Shown piece by piece: positions 29,009 through 38,555 of a stretch of 64,000 nucleotides of DNA. The stretch's first letter is position 1. The number at the start of each line of letters is the position of its first letter. Source of the stretch: Opitutales bacterium (GTDB lineage Bacteria; Verrucomicrobiota; Verrucomicrobiia; Opitutales; JBHJGM01); assembly GCA_050331595.1 (NCBI GenBank), contig JBHJGQ010000006.1, forward strand, positions 1,049 to 65,048. Direction: 5' to 3'. Position numbers and translations under genes: made by a program. Below the pieces are notes generated by a model. That model was not told the origin of the DNA. It did not search any database and was given only the letters and a program-made list of their open reading frames with translations.

Positions 29009-29842
29009 ATGAGGAGGGGCCCAAGGTGCTGCCGGTTATCCATCGGCCCGGCCCTGCTGTGCGTCGCTTTTTTGGCGGCGTGCGGCGGGTCGGGCGAAGG
29101 TGTACCCGAGCGCGAAGCCAACGATCCGCGCTTCGTCGACGCGCAGCAGCTGTTCCTGCGCGAGGGTCGTAAGCAGGAGGCGCTGACGGCTTTTGTGCAG
29201 CTGGCCCGCGTGCGCGACCACGCGCCGGAGTCACACCTGTACGCCGGGCAGATTTACCTGGAGGAGTTTGGCGAGCCCATTCTGGCCATCTACCACTTTC
29301 GCCAGTATCTGGAACAGGAGCCCGACGGCCCGCATACGAGCCAGGTCCGCGCCTGGATCGACACGGCCAAGAAGGAGTTCATGAAGGGTCTGCCCAACCA
29401 GCCCTACCGTGACCGGCTTGAGCGGCTCAGCCTGCAAGAAACCATCGAGACGCTGCAGGCGGAAAAGCGCAACCTGGAGCGGGACCTGCGCACCGAACGT
29501 GACAAGGTCGACCGGCTCAGTCAGGCCCTGGAGCAGATGCTGGCCGAGCAACCGCCGACGGCTCTCTCTGGAAACGTCAGCCTGGGCGTCCTGCCGGCAG
29601 GCAACGCAAACACGCCCGCCGCGGCTCCGCCGCCCCAGCCGGAGTTTCCCCGCGCCAACGTCAACGCCGACGCGCGGGCGCCCGCCTTTTACGAGGTACA
29701 GACCGGCGACACGCTCACCGGCATTGCCCGCATCGTGTACGGCAACGGCAATCTCTGGCGCCGCATCCTCGAGGCCAACGAAGATGTGCTGGGCTCGCCC
29801 GACGACCTGCGCCCGGGCATGCGTCTGCGTATCCCGCGCTAA
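29009..29842 (+). CDS. Lipoprotein with TPR, coiled coil and C-terminal LysM domain
   Basis: LAAC lipobox, TPR-like ESHLYAGQIY...AIYHFRQYL, YEVQTGDTLTGIARIVYG...LRPGMRLRIP. Confidence 0.9.
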   Translation: MRRGPRCCRLSIGPALLCVAFLAACGGSGEGVPEREANDPRFVDAQQLFLREGRKQEALTAFVQLARVRDHAPESHLYAGQIYLEEFGEPILAIYHFRQYLEQEPDGPHTSQVRAWIDTAKKEFMKGLPNQPYRDRLERLSLQETIETLQAEKRNLERDLRTERDKVDRLSQALEQMLAEQPPTALSGNVSLGVLPAGNANTPAAAPPPQPEFPRANVNADARAPAFYEVQTGDTLTGIARIVYGNGNLWRRILEANEDVLGSPDDLRPGMRLRIPR

Positions 29843-30011
29843 AGAGAGGCCCGGGTACCTGGGTCTTCGTTGCGCGCTTGTTGCGGTTGAAGGCAGCGCG
29901 TAGCCCTGGTCGCTACGCACGCAACGGGTGACTGACCCGAGTGTGCCACCGGGCAGGCCCGAATGCTCGAGGTCTCCAGACCGGCGACCCTGCACCAAAG
30001 CCCTTGGACGC

Positions 30012-30046
30012 TTTACCAAGAACCAGGAACAAAGAACGAAGAACCG
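30012..30046 (+). repeat. 7-bp tandem repeat, RGAACNA type
   Basis: TTTACCA AGAACCA GGAACAA AGAACGA AGAACCG. Confidence 0.75.
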
Positions 30047-30119
30047 CAACGGAGCGTTCCTAGCAGCCTTCGGCCAGGGGCTGGCCTTTCCGGCAAAGAC
30101 GCGTTAGGCTTCGTCCCGA

Positions 30120-31298
30120 ATGCGTTACTTCGATTACAACGCGACCGCCCCGCTGCTGCCTGAAGCGCGCCAGGTCTGGCTGGAGGCGTTGGAGGTGCAC
30201 TGGCACAATCCAGACAGTCCGCACGGCCCGGCGGCGCGTGCGCATGCTCGCCTTGAAGAAGCCCGCGAACGCCTGGCCGCCCTGCTCGATACCGTACCTG
30301 AATCGATCGTCTTTACTTCGGGCGCGACGGAGGCCAACAACGCCGTGTTGGCCGACGCGGCGGCGCATGCATTGCCGCAACAGCGCGTCCTGGTTTCTAC
30401 GATTGAGCATCCCTGCGTGCTGGAGCCTGCGCGGCAGTTTTTTGGCCCGGATCGCTGCGCGCTTCTGCCCGTCGACGCCCAGGGGCGCGCCGACCTGACA
30501 GTGCTGGAAGCCGAGCTGGCCCGCGGGGATCTGGCCCTCGTCGCCTTGATGGCGGCCAACAACGAGACGGGCGTCATCCAGCCGTGGGCCGAAGCGATTG
30601 AGCTATGCCAGGCGAACGGTGTGCCGCTGCTCATCGACGCCGCGCAGTGGCTGGGCAAGCGTCCGGCGGCGGGGCTGTGCGCGGCGGATTATGTGACGGC
30701 GTCGGCGCACAAGTTTGGTGGGCCGCTGGGGGTGGGTTTGATGCACGTGCCGGCAGCGCGCCATGACTTTGCCGGGCTGCGTGGCGGCGATCAGGAAAAG
30801 GCCCGACGCGCGGGCACTTCCAATTACCCGGCCATCGCCGGCCTGGTTGCCGCCTTGGAGGCGATGGAATGTCGCATCGCCAACGAGCATGGCATCTGGC
30901 TGGAGCGTCGCGAATCGTTTGAACGGGCGGTGCTGGCGGGCATCCCCGAGGCGCGGGTGCTGGGTCACGAGGCCGAGCGGCTGCCGGGCACGGTCAGCCT
31001 GAAGCTGCCGCGGGCCGATAACCTGCGCTGGGTGCGTCTGCTCGACCGACGCGGCTTTGCGTTGTCGACCGGCTCGGCCTGCGCCACGGCCAAGGAAGGT
31101 CCCTCGCAGGTGCTCGCGGCGATGGGCTTGAACGCCGAGGACGCCCGGCAGGTGGTCCGCGTGAGCGCCGGCCCCGACACCTCGACTGACGACTGGCAGG
31201 CCCTCGCACAGGCTTTGATCGAAACGGCCAACGAACTGCGCCAGCGCCAGTCCGCCGATGCCGCACGTTCGAGCGGCTCGCGGGTGATTTCTATTTGA
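30120..31298 (+). CDS. iscS: Cysteine desulfurase (NifS/IscS group I)
   Basis: YFDYNATAP, FTSGATEANN, IEHPCV, NNETG, SAHKFGGP, STGSACA. Confidence 0.92.
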   Translation: MRYFDYNATAPLLPEARQVWLEALEVHWHNPDSPHGPAARAHARLEEARERLAALLDTVPESIVFTSGATEANNAVLADAAAHALPQQRVLVSTIEHPCVLEPARQFFGPDRCALLPVDAQGRADLTVLEAELARGDLALVALMAANNETGVIQPWAEAIELCQANGVPLLIDAAQWLGKRPAAGLCAADYVTASAHKFGGPLGVGLMHVPAARHDFAGLRGGDQEKARRAGTSNYPAIAGLVAALEAMECRIANEHGIWLERRESFERAVLAGIPEARVLGHEAERLPGTVSLKLPRADNLRWVRLLDRRGFALSTGSACATAKEGPSQVLAAMGLNAEDARQVVRVSAGPDTSTDDWQALAQALIETANELRQRQSADAARSSGSRVISI

Positions 31299-31315
31299 GG
31301 GGTCATTGCAGCCCT

Positions 31316-31343
31316 TGGTCGAGGGTCGATGGTCCATAGTCCA
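31316..31343 (-). repeat. 7-bp tandem repeat, TGGACCA type
   Basis: Plus strand TGGTCGA GGGTCGA TGGTCCA TAGTCCA. Confidence 0.65.
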
Positions 31344-31444
31344 GGATCTCGGAAGTGGCTTGCGTGGGGTCCTCGTCGTTGGGCAGGCTGTCGGGCGTTG
31401 TGCGACAGATGACTTCAAGGCGAGCGGCTTCCGTGTGCCCGTGG

Positions 31445-32149
31445 ATGCGTCTTGGAGCGTTTGCTTGGGCGCTGGCTCTGGTGTTGGTACTGACCGGCTG
31501 CGAGTGGCTGGGCATCGGCAAGCAGCCGCAGGCGACCCCCGAGGAGGCCTATCTGGCGTACGTTGAAGCCGAGGCATCGGGCGACGTGGAGACCTTGGTG
31601 GCGCTGACCATTGGCGGCACCGATTTTGACCGGGAGCTGACCTTCGGCCGGGCGCGCCAGACTCAACTCAGCCACGCGATCCATCGGCAGGTGCGTACGC
31701 GCTTTGGCGATGCCGGTTGGGAGGCGCTTAATGGAAGGCGGCCCGGTTCACCGGGGCCTCCTTTCAGGCTGAGATCAGAATCTGTGGAGGACGTGGTTGA
31801 GGAAGCGCGAGCGGAGTTGCAGAGCGCAGGCCTGGAGGTGGACGTTTCCGGCGACACGGCCATTATTTTCGATCCAAGTGTAGGGCGGGATCCGGCCTAC
31901 GCCTTCTTGCGCCGTACCTACCGTGGTTGGCTGCACGATCTGGGCCGGCAAAACCCCGCCGAGCTCGAGCCCGAGCAGCGTGCCGAAGCGGCCAGACGGC
32001 TCGGGCAGATGCTGGAGGCGCTGGAAGCGGTCCTGGCGCAGGCAGAGGACCCGCGCAGCACGCTGGAGGACGTGCGCCAGGCCAAAGAGGTGTACGATGT
32101 GGCCATGGGGGAATTGATGGGCTTTTTGATACGGGCAAGTCGACCCTGA
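31445..32149 (+). CDS. Hypothetical lipoprotein
   Basis: LVLTGC lipobox. TPEEAYLAYVEAEASGD resembles an NTF2/DUF4878-like start. Confidence 0.7.
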   Translation: MRLGAFAWALALVLVLTGCEWLGIGKQPQATPEEAYLAYVEAEASGDVETLVALTIGGTDFDRELTFGRARQTQLSHAIHRQVRTRFGDAGWEALNGRRPGSPGPPFRLRSESVEDVVEEARAELQSAGLEVDVSGDTAIIFDPSVGRDPAYAFLRRTYRGWLHDLGRQNPAELEPEQRAEAARRLGQMLEALEAVLAQAEDPRSTLEDVRQAKEVYDVAMGELMGFLIRASRP

Positions 32150-32199
32150 GCGCCCGCGCCGATTTCAGGTGGCTGGTTTTCGGCCGATGAAGCAGGGTG

Positions 32200-33144
32200 A
32201 TGCGATTGGCTTTGGCAACCTTCTGCGTGGGCTTTGGCCTGGCCGCCTGCGCGTTTTACCTGGTCCTGGAGTTCGGGGTTTTGGGCGGATCGGGCGAGTC
32301 GGCCTATGCGAGCGCAGGCGTGGCGGAGTCCTCCCCCTCCACGCCCTCGGATTTCTACGGCAACCAGGAGCGCGAGTGGCTCCCCCTCGACAGCGATGAC
32401 CTGTCTCCGGGGGAGGGGCGCGGTTCTGGCGGTTCGCGCGACGAGGGTCCCAGCATCCACCACCCCGCGCCGCCGCCGCCGATTCCGACCGGCGTGGGTC
32501 CAACACCGGCGGAGGCCATCCGCACCGACGACGGTCGCTTCGCCTTTGAGGACCCACAATCGGCCTGGCGCAGCTTCGTGAATTCGGTCTATTCAGGAAA
32601 CTTTGACCGCGCAATGGCCCACCTGCCGCCGCACGGCACCCTGCAGGCCGCCACTTCGGCGTCGGCCACCGCCGTGCCGACCATGTTGGCGCAGCTGCGC
32701 GACCGCTTTGTGGCGACCTACGGGGAGGCCGCCTTTCAGGAGTTTGCGACCCAGGTGGGCGGCCCGGGTGGCACCTTTCCGGTACCCGAGACCGCGCAGC
32801 AGACCGCCATCGCCGAGCAGGTGCCCGTCCCTCTCGACGAAAACACCCTGCGCTTCCTCTTTAGCGACCAGGAGTTCATCGTGACCAAGACTGGCGAAGG
32901 CTGGATTGTGCAGGGCGACACCATCGAGCCGGGGCAGGAGCAGGTTGCGAAGATGGCGTACGAGATGGAGGCTGCCTTTGCCAACGCGCTCGCGGCCACC
33001 ACCGACCAGATCGGCGAACCCGGCATGGGCCCGCAGGCGCTGGCCGGCGAACTCCAGCAGCAGCTACAGCAAAGCACCATGGCGATTTTCCAGAACTTGC
33101 CCGGCGGCAACATTCACAATCCCGACTACGGCAAGGATTTTTAG
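32200..33144 (+). CDS. Hypothetical membrane-anchored protein, likely paralogue of the upstream lipoprotein
   Basis: N-terminal TM, Pro/Ser linker, DPQSAWRSFVNSVYSGNFDRA...RFVATYGEAAF. Confidence 0.7.
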   Translation: MRLALATFCVGFGLAACAFYLVLEFGVLGGSGESAYASAGVAESSPSTPSDFYGNQEREWLPLDSDDLSPGEGRGSGGSRDEGPSIHHPAPPPPIPTGVGPTPAEAIRTDDGRFAFEDPQSAWRSFVNSVYSGNFDRAMAHLPPHGTLQAATSASATAVPTMLAQLRDRFVATYGEAAFQEFATQVGGPGGTFPVPETAQQTAIAEQVPVPLDENTLRFLFSDQEFIVTKTGEGWIVQGDTIEPGQEQVAKMAYEMEAAFANALAATTDQIGEPGMGPQALAGELQQQLQQSTMAIFQNLPGGNIHNPDYGKDF

Positions 33145-33340
33145 GGCGGGCTGCGAACGAAGCCAGCGTTCGGAAGCTGAACTTGGGCAGGAGAGAACGC
33201 GGAACCGGGCAGGAGGCCGCGGTACGGTTCGATCTCCCCTGCCTCGCGACGAGTGTGCAGTCCAGCCGAGCCACGGTCGCGGCGGGGGGCGGGGACTTTT
33301 TTTCGTGCTTCGGTGAGGGCTTTTCCTGTTCTGTGGCGGG

Positions 33341-34468
33341 ATGCGCCTGTTGCGCCTGAACGCCCAGAACTTTCGCAACGTTGAGCTGGTCCGCCTTGCC
33401 TTGGGCGGAAAGAGCCACTTCCTGCTCGGGCGCAACGGCCAGGGCAAAACGAATTTTCTGGAAGCGGCGGGGCTTTTGGGGGCGTTGCGCTCGTTTCGCA
33501 CCAACGACGCTGGCGCCCTGATTCGCCAGGGTCAGCCCCAGGCGCGGCTCTTCTACGAAGTCGAGAGGGCCGGCGGTCTCGACTGCAAGGTCGATCTCAC
33601 GCTCGAGCCCAAGGGCAAGACGCTGCAAGTCGACGGTGAACGCATCGCTCGCCTGGGCGATTTCCTGGGGCGTTTCCCGGCAGTCGTCCTGTCTTCCGAC
33701 GACAACCAGCTGCTGCGGGGTTCGCCGGGTGCGCGCCGGCGCTTTCTCGACCTGCACCTGTCCTCGCTCGAACCGGCCTACTACGAGCACCTGCGCCGTT
33801 ACCACCGGGCCCTGGCCGCGCGCAATCGCCTGCTCAAGCAAAGCCGCGCCGGCAACTCGCAGCAATCCTCGGCTGCCCTCGGCTCGTTTGAAGAAGCGAT
33901 GGCTCCCGAAGCAGCCGCCCTCGCCCGCAGCCGTCGACGCGAAGTCAAGGTGCTGGAGACACACTTCATCCGCGCCTACGCAGCCTTTGCCGAAGCCGCG
34001 GAGGCGCCCCGCGTGTGCCTGAAGCTCTCCCTTGATACCGATCAACCGGACGCCTTTCGCGATGCCTGGCTGGCCAACCGCGAGCGCGACCTGCGCCTGG
34101 GCTCCACCAGCGTGGGCCCGCACCGCGACGACCTGGCCTTCACCGTCTTGGGGCGTTCGGCGCGCGCGTTTGGCTCGGAGGGTCAGCAGCGCAGTTTCGT
34201 CATCGCGCTGCGCCTGGCGCAGTTCGCGCGGCTGAAGGAAGCGCTCGGGCAAACCCCGCTGGTCCTGGCTGACGACGTTCTGGGCGAACTCGATCCGAGG
34301 CGTCGAGATCGTTTTTGGAATGCGCTGGAGGGCGACCCGCAGGTCCTGGCCACGGGTACGAGTCTTCCGGTGCTGCCGGTCGAGCGGGACTGGCGGCTGG
34401 TCGAGGTGGCCAGTGGCGTCTTTACACCGCGCGAGGGACCGCCCAGCGTCGACCCTATCGACGCATGA
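33341..34468 (+). CDS. recF: DNA replication/repair protein RecF
   Basis: NFRN, GRNGQGKTNFLEA, SFRT, RRRFLD, GPHRDD, GSEGQQR, LADDVLGELD. Confidence 0.97.
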   Translation: MRLLRLNAQNFRNVELVRLALGGKSHFLLGRNGQGKTNFLEAAGLLGALRSFRTNDAGALIRQGQPQARLFYEVERAGGLDCKVDLTLEPKGKTLQVDGERIARLGDFLGRFPAVVLSSDDNQLLRGSPGARRRFLDLHLSSLEPAYYEHLRRYHRALAARNRLLKQSRAGNSQQSSAALGSFEEAMAPEAAALARSRRREVKVLETHFIRAYAAFAEAAEAPRVCLKLSLDTDQPDAFRDAWLANRERDLRLGSTSVGPHRDDLAFTVLGRSARAFGSEGQQRSFVIALRLAQFARLKEALGQTPLVLADDVLGELDPRRRDRFWNALEGDPQVLATGTSLPVLPVERDWRLVEVASGVFTPREGPPSVDPIDA

Positions 34469-35223
34469 CGCTGGCCGAACTGAGCACGGAGCAATGGCTG
34501 TGGGGCATTCTGGGCGCGGTCCTGGTTGGCCTGGGCAAGGGCGGGCTGCCGGGTCTGGGCAACCTGACTGCGGGCATCTTCGCGCTGGCCTTTGCCGCCA
34601 AGCCCTCGGTCGGCTTGCTCCTGCCGGTATTGATCTGTGCCGACGTGGTGGCGATCATCGTCTACCGGCGGGCGGCGCGCTGGGACTACGTCTTTAAGCT
34701 GCTGCCGCCGATGGTGATGGGATTGCTCATTGGCTGGTACGTTTTCGGACGCATCGAGAGCGCCGACGTGCGCACGATCATTGGCGCCACCTTGCTGGGG
34801 ATGACCGCGCTGCATTTTCTGCGCAAGTGGTGGCTCGGACGCAGCGGCAGCGAGGACACTCTCTCGCAAAGCCGCATTTTTGCCGGGGTCACCGGCATCC
34901 TGGGCGGGGTGGCAACGATGCTGGCCAACGCCGCCGGCCCGGTGGCAGCGATGTACCTGATGGCCGTACGCCTGCCCAAAATCGCCTTTGTCGGCACTTC
35001 GGCCTGGCTGTTTTTCACCATCAACTGGATCAAAATCCCGATGCACGTGAACCTGGGCACGGTGACCTTCGAGTCGATTGAAGTGAGTTTGGCCTTCGGT
35101 GCGTTTGCCGCCGCGGCGGTGCTGGTGGCCCCGCTCCTGCTCAAGCGGATCAACCAGCAGCTTTTTGGCGCACTGGTATGGTTCTTTGTGGTGGTGGGCG
35201 GCGTGAAACTACTCGTGGGGTAG
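34465..35223 (+). CDS. Sulfite exporter TauE/SafE family membrane protein
   Basis: GLGKGGLPG, LLPVLICAD, TMLANAAGP, about 8 TM helices. ATGA overlap with recF. Confidence 0.88.
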   Translation: MTLAELSTEQWLWGILGAVLVGLGKGGLPGLGNLTAGIFALAFAAKPSVGLLLPVLICADVVAIIVYRRAARWDYVFKLLPPMVMGLLIGWYVFGRIESADVRTIIGATLLGMTALHFLRKWWLGRSGSEDTLSQSRIFAGVTGILGGVATMLANAAGPVAAMYLMAVRLPKIAFVGTSAWLFFTINWIKIPMHVNLGTVTFESIEVSLAFGAFAAAAVLVAPLLLKRINQQLFGALVWFFVVVGGVKLLVG

Positions 35224-35311
35224 GGCCTCGTTCACGAGTATTGACTTTCCGAATACGCCGGAAGCGGTGTTGGGTTGCCAACGGCGGCGGAGCCGGCTTC
35301 ACTCTGCACTC

Positions 35312-35929
35312 ATGCCACGCGCCTCCAGCCGCGATTTGTGGACGGCCAAGTTGACCGGTCAGCCGGCCCCGGCGGGAACCGCTTTACGGGCCCGCCGCGC
35401 CGAAGCCGTTTGGACCGAGCGCACGCTGTCCAACGAGGCTTCCCGGAGTTTTGTGGGCACGGTCCTGGGCATCGACCCGAGTTTGCGCGGAACGGGTCTG
35501 GCGGTGGTGCGATTCGAGACGGGGCTGGAGGGCATGCTTGTGTCCAGCCAAACACTACGCCTTCAGTCGAAGCTGACCCGGCCTGAATGCCTGGCGGCGA
35601 TCGCCCGGGCGGTCACCGAAGCGATTCAGTCCCACGCCGTGGACGCGGTTGCCGTGGAGGAAACGATTTACGTGCAGAACGACCGCACGGCGCAGATCCT
35701 CGGGGCGGCCCGCGGGGCCGCCATCGCGGCGGCGGCGTTGCAGCACTTGCCCGTGGCCGAGTACGCGCCCAAGCGGATCAAGCAAGCCGTGACCGGTCGG
35801 GGTCAAGCCAGCAAGGAACAGGTCGCGGCCATGCTGGTGAGCCTTCTTCAAAACACCCGCGCGCTTCCTCCGGATGAGTCCGACGCCGCCGCCGTGGCTT
35901 TTACCCATGCCGCGATGACGCGAGGGTGA
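35312..35929 (+). CDS. ruvC: Holliday junction resolvase RuvC
   Basis: VLGIDPSLRGTG, AVEE, LGAARG, EYAP..IKQAVTGRGQASKEQV, DESDAAAVA. Confidence 0.96.
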   Translation: MPRASSRDLWTAKLTGQPAPAGTALRARRAEAVWTERTLSNEASRSFVGTVLGIDPSLRGTGLAVVRFETGLEGMLVSSQTLRLQSKLTRPECLAAIARAVTEAIQSHAVDAVAVEETIYVQNDRTAQILGAARGAAIAAAALQHLPVAEYAPKRIKQAVTGRGQASKEQVAAMLVSLLQNTRALPPDESDAAAVAFTHAAMTRG

Positions 35930-36257
35930 AAAGGCGCAGGGCAGTCAGCCTTCGGGAGTTAGCAGTTCGAATCGAGAAGATAGAAGCAAACGCCCTCGCC
36001 AGCAGCATAGCTGGGTGTGAGGCGACGTTGCACTGAGGTGCGAGCCTGTGCCCTCGAGTTGTTTTGTGGTGATTTCGTCGAAGCTGCCTGTTCAGTTCGA
36101 AATCCGAATCGCTCCAGGGCCGAAGCCAAGGCATTCGGTTTCAGCTTCGTCTGACTCTGTCATTACCCGTGCCCAAAGAAAACCGGCAGCGCGGGCCTAG
36201 CCGTCACTGCCGGTCGAAAGTGTTTGTCTGCCGCGGGCGAGCGCGACGTGTGTGCGC

Positions 36258-36863
36258 TCAGGCTTGCTTGGCGTACAAGGCGACGTCAATCTCGAAGTCG
36301 ACATCGTTGCCGACCACGCCCTGGCCGCCGTCCACGTCCCAATCGGTGCGGTCAATTTCGCCAGAGGCCGTGAAGGCCAGCGCGGTCTGCTGATTGCGCG
36401 GATTTGTTTTCTTGCCCAGAAACTCGGCGGCAAACTCCACGGGTAGCGTCTTGCCGTTCATGGTCAGCTCGCCGTGAATCGTGAAGTGCCCTTCCTTGCC
36501 CTGCACGGGCACCCACTTCGTCGACTTGAAGGTCATCATCGGGTGCTGTGCGGTGTTGAAGTAATCGTCCTGTTGCAGGTGCTTGTCGCGGTCGGCGTTG
36601 TTGGTGTCGACTGAGCGCAGGTCGATTTTGGCTTCGACGTAGGCCTTCGACCAATCATCGCCTGGGACCTTGGCAAAGCCTTCGAACTTGCCGAAGGAGC
36701 CCGGCACGCGGGTCAGCAGGTGGCGAATCTTGAAGGAAACCCCCGAGTGGACGGTGTCGATGGTGTAGACGGCACCGGCTTTGTCGCCGTGGTCGTGGGC
36801 CTGGAGGCTGGAGAGGCTCAGCGTGGCCGCGATGAGCCCAGAGAGGATGGCTTTTTGGAACAT
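36258..36863 (-). CDS. YceI family lipid/polyisoprenoid-binding periplasmic protein
   Basis: Signal peptide, YTIDTVHSGVSFKIRH, SVDTNNADRDKHL, GELTMNG, IDRTDW. Confidence 0.93.
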   Translation of the reverse strand: MFQKAILSGLIAATLSLSSLQAHDHGDKAGAVYTIDTVHSGVSFKIRHLLTRVPGSFGKFEGFAKVPGDDWSKAYVEAKIDLRSVDTNNADRDKHLQQDDYFNTAQHPMMTFKSTKWVPVQGKEGHFTIHGELTMNGKTLPVEFAAEFLGKKTNPRNQQTALAFTASGEIDRTDWDVDGGQGVVGNDVDFEIDVALYAKQA

Positions 36864-36910
36864 AGCGTTAATGATAGTAGGTTGTTGTTTGTTTTTCAAA
36901 GTCCCGAAAC

Positions 36911-36935
36911 AAAAGGCGACCCTTGCGGGCCGCCT
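36911..36935 (-). terminator. Rho-independent terminator after the anti-sigma gene
   Basis: Minus strand AGGCGGCCC-GCAA-GGGTCGCCT followed by TTTG. Confidence 0.6.
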
Positions 36936-36959
36936 GAGAAAAGGTGCCTGTGACTGGAA

Positions 36960-37856
36960 TTAGATTTCCGAGGCCATCAGTAGTTCTTCGAGTTCGTCGA
37001 CGGTGCCGTCGATGACAAGAACGTAAAACTGGTCGCCGTGCGCCCAGACACCCACGGCCTGTTCGCCGCGCTGGGTCAGGATGGGGCGGCTCAGGTCCAC
37101 GTCCATATCGTCCTTGGCACCCCAATACAGGTGACGGGTGTTACGTTCGCCGATACAAACGCTGCCCACGGCGCGACCGTTCCAGATGAAGGCCCGACAG
37201 CCAACCGGCTTGTCCACCTCGAGCGCGTCGGGGATGGCTGCCATTTGTGGCGCGGGTGGGCGATGACCTTCCATCTTCATCGCGGTCAGGTCTTCGCCCA
37301 CCAGGTGGAGGTCGGCGCGGGTCTGGCCGCGGTAGTCGCGATGAAAAGAACGTTCGCCACGTCCGATCATTTCGGCCTCGTGGACCATGTCGGTGAAGAG
37401 GGCATCCAGCGCGGGCTCAACCTCCTCGGCGGCAACGATGCGTGGGCCGGTTTCCTCGCCCGGGTCGTAAAGCACGAAGGCCAGACCGACCAGCAGAATC
37501 AGCGACGCCGCCAGTGGCAGTACCCGCGACCATAGCGCACTCAAACCGCTTTCGCTGGAAGCAGCCTGCGGTTGGAAGGGCACCACGTTCTCCTCCGTCT
37601 GCGGCGCTTCCGCCGTGGGCTGCACCTGACGGTTGGCGGCGGCGGCAAGAATGCGCTCCTTCAGGTCTGCCGGAGGCGTGCTTTCACGCAACTTCGCAGC
37701 AAAGGCCTTGTCGAAGGCGCTCTCCTCATCGTGCCAAGCTTTCAGGGCATCGTCGGCTTGCGCAGACTCGAGCGCCGCACGCATGTCGGCGTCTTCGGCG
37801 TCGGCCCCGCTGGGTCGATAGGCTTGGAGAAATTTTTTGGCTTCTTCGGGTGTCAT
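36960..37856 (-). CDS. Putative anti-sigma factor, TM-anchored
   Basis: Follows an ECF sigma. LQAYRPSGAD...FD..FAAKL...PPADLKERIL, then a TM and a periplasmic domain with two Cys. Confidence 0.7.
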   Translation of the reverse strand: MTPEEAKKFLQAYRPSGADAEDADMRAALESAQADDALKAWHDEESAFDKAFAAKLRESTPPADLKERILAAAANRQVQPTAEAPQTEENVVPFQPQAASSESGLSALWSRVLPLAASLILLVGLAFVLYDPGEETGPRIVAAEEVEPALDALFTDMVHEAEMIGRGERSFHRDYRGQTRADLHLVGEDLTAMKMEGHRPPAPQMAAIPDALEVDKPVGCRAFIWNGRAVGSVCIGERNTRHLYWGAKDDMDVDLSRPILTQRGEQAVGVWAHGDQFYVLVIDGTVDELEELLMASEI

Positions 37857-37893
37857 GGCTACTCCGATGAGAGCGTTGGCGGCAGGGATTATT

Positions 37894-38415
37894 TCAACTA
37901 TCTTGGCTGGCGGCCTCTTTTTCTGCCGTTAGGATTTTTTTGAGCTGAGCTTTGCCGCGTGAGAGTCGGGACATGACCGTGCCGATGGGGATGTCCAGGG
38001 TGGCGGCGATTTCCTTATAAGAGAGATCTTGCAAGTAAAACAAAGTCAACGGAGCGCGGTAGGCTTCGTCGACCTGCTCCAGGGCGGAAACGGCGCTGTG
38101 GCTGTCGGTAGTTGTCACCACATCGGGACTCACTGGTGGAGCCTCCGCTTCCAGCAGTTCCGGCTCGTAGCTGGCCATGCTGGCGCCGCGGCGGCGCACC
38201 CGCAAAAACTCCCGGTACAGCGTGGTGAACAGCCACGACTTGATCTTGCCCGCGTCACGAATGGCCGAGCCCTTTTCGGCGTAGATGAGAAAGGTTTGCT
38301 GCACCAGATCGCCGGCTTCGTGCTCGTTCTTGGCCAGGCTGTGGCCGAAGCGGTACAGGTTCTCGTAGTACTGTTCAACCACTTGGCTGAACTCAGGCAT
38401 GGCGGCCTCTGTCAT
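37894..38415 (-). CDS. ECF RNA polymerase sigma factor
   Basis: AGDLVQQTF, KSWLFTTLYR, LSYKEIA..LDIPIGTVMSRLSRG. Confidence 0.95.
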   Translation of the reverse strand: MTEAAMPEFSQVVEQYYENLYRFGHSLAKNEHEAGDLVQQTFLIYAEKGSAIRDAGKIKSWLFTTLYREFLRVRRRGASMASYEPELLEAEAPPVSPDVVTTTDSHSAVSALEQVDEAYRAPLTLFYLQDLSYKEIAATLDIPIGTVMSRLSRGKAQLKKILTAEKEAASQDS

Positions 38416-38555
38416 GGGCGAAAGGTCGGGATCGCGCGCTAGAAGGGCCGAATACGTCAATGTGCCCTCCATCGAATGGCTGGAAGTGCGCGAGGCTAAG
38501 GGGGTTGCTCTTTGCGGCGCAACAGAAAAGCAAATCGCAGCTGCCGGTTGCGCCG

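Noticed and set aside
33215-33250. tRNA-like GGTTCGA (also AGTTCGAA near 35974 and 36094)
   Set aside because: No T-stem pairing, acceptor stem or cloverleaf can be built.
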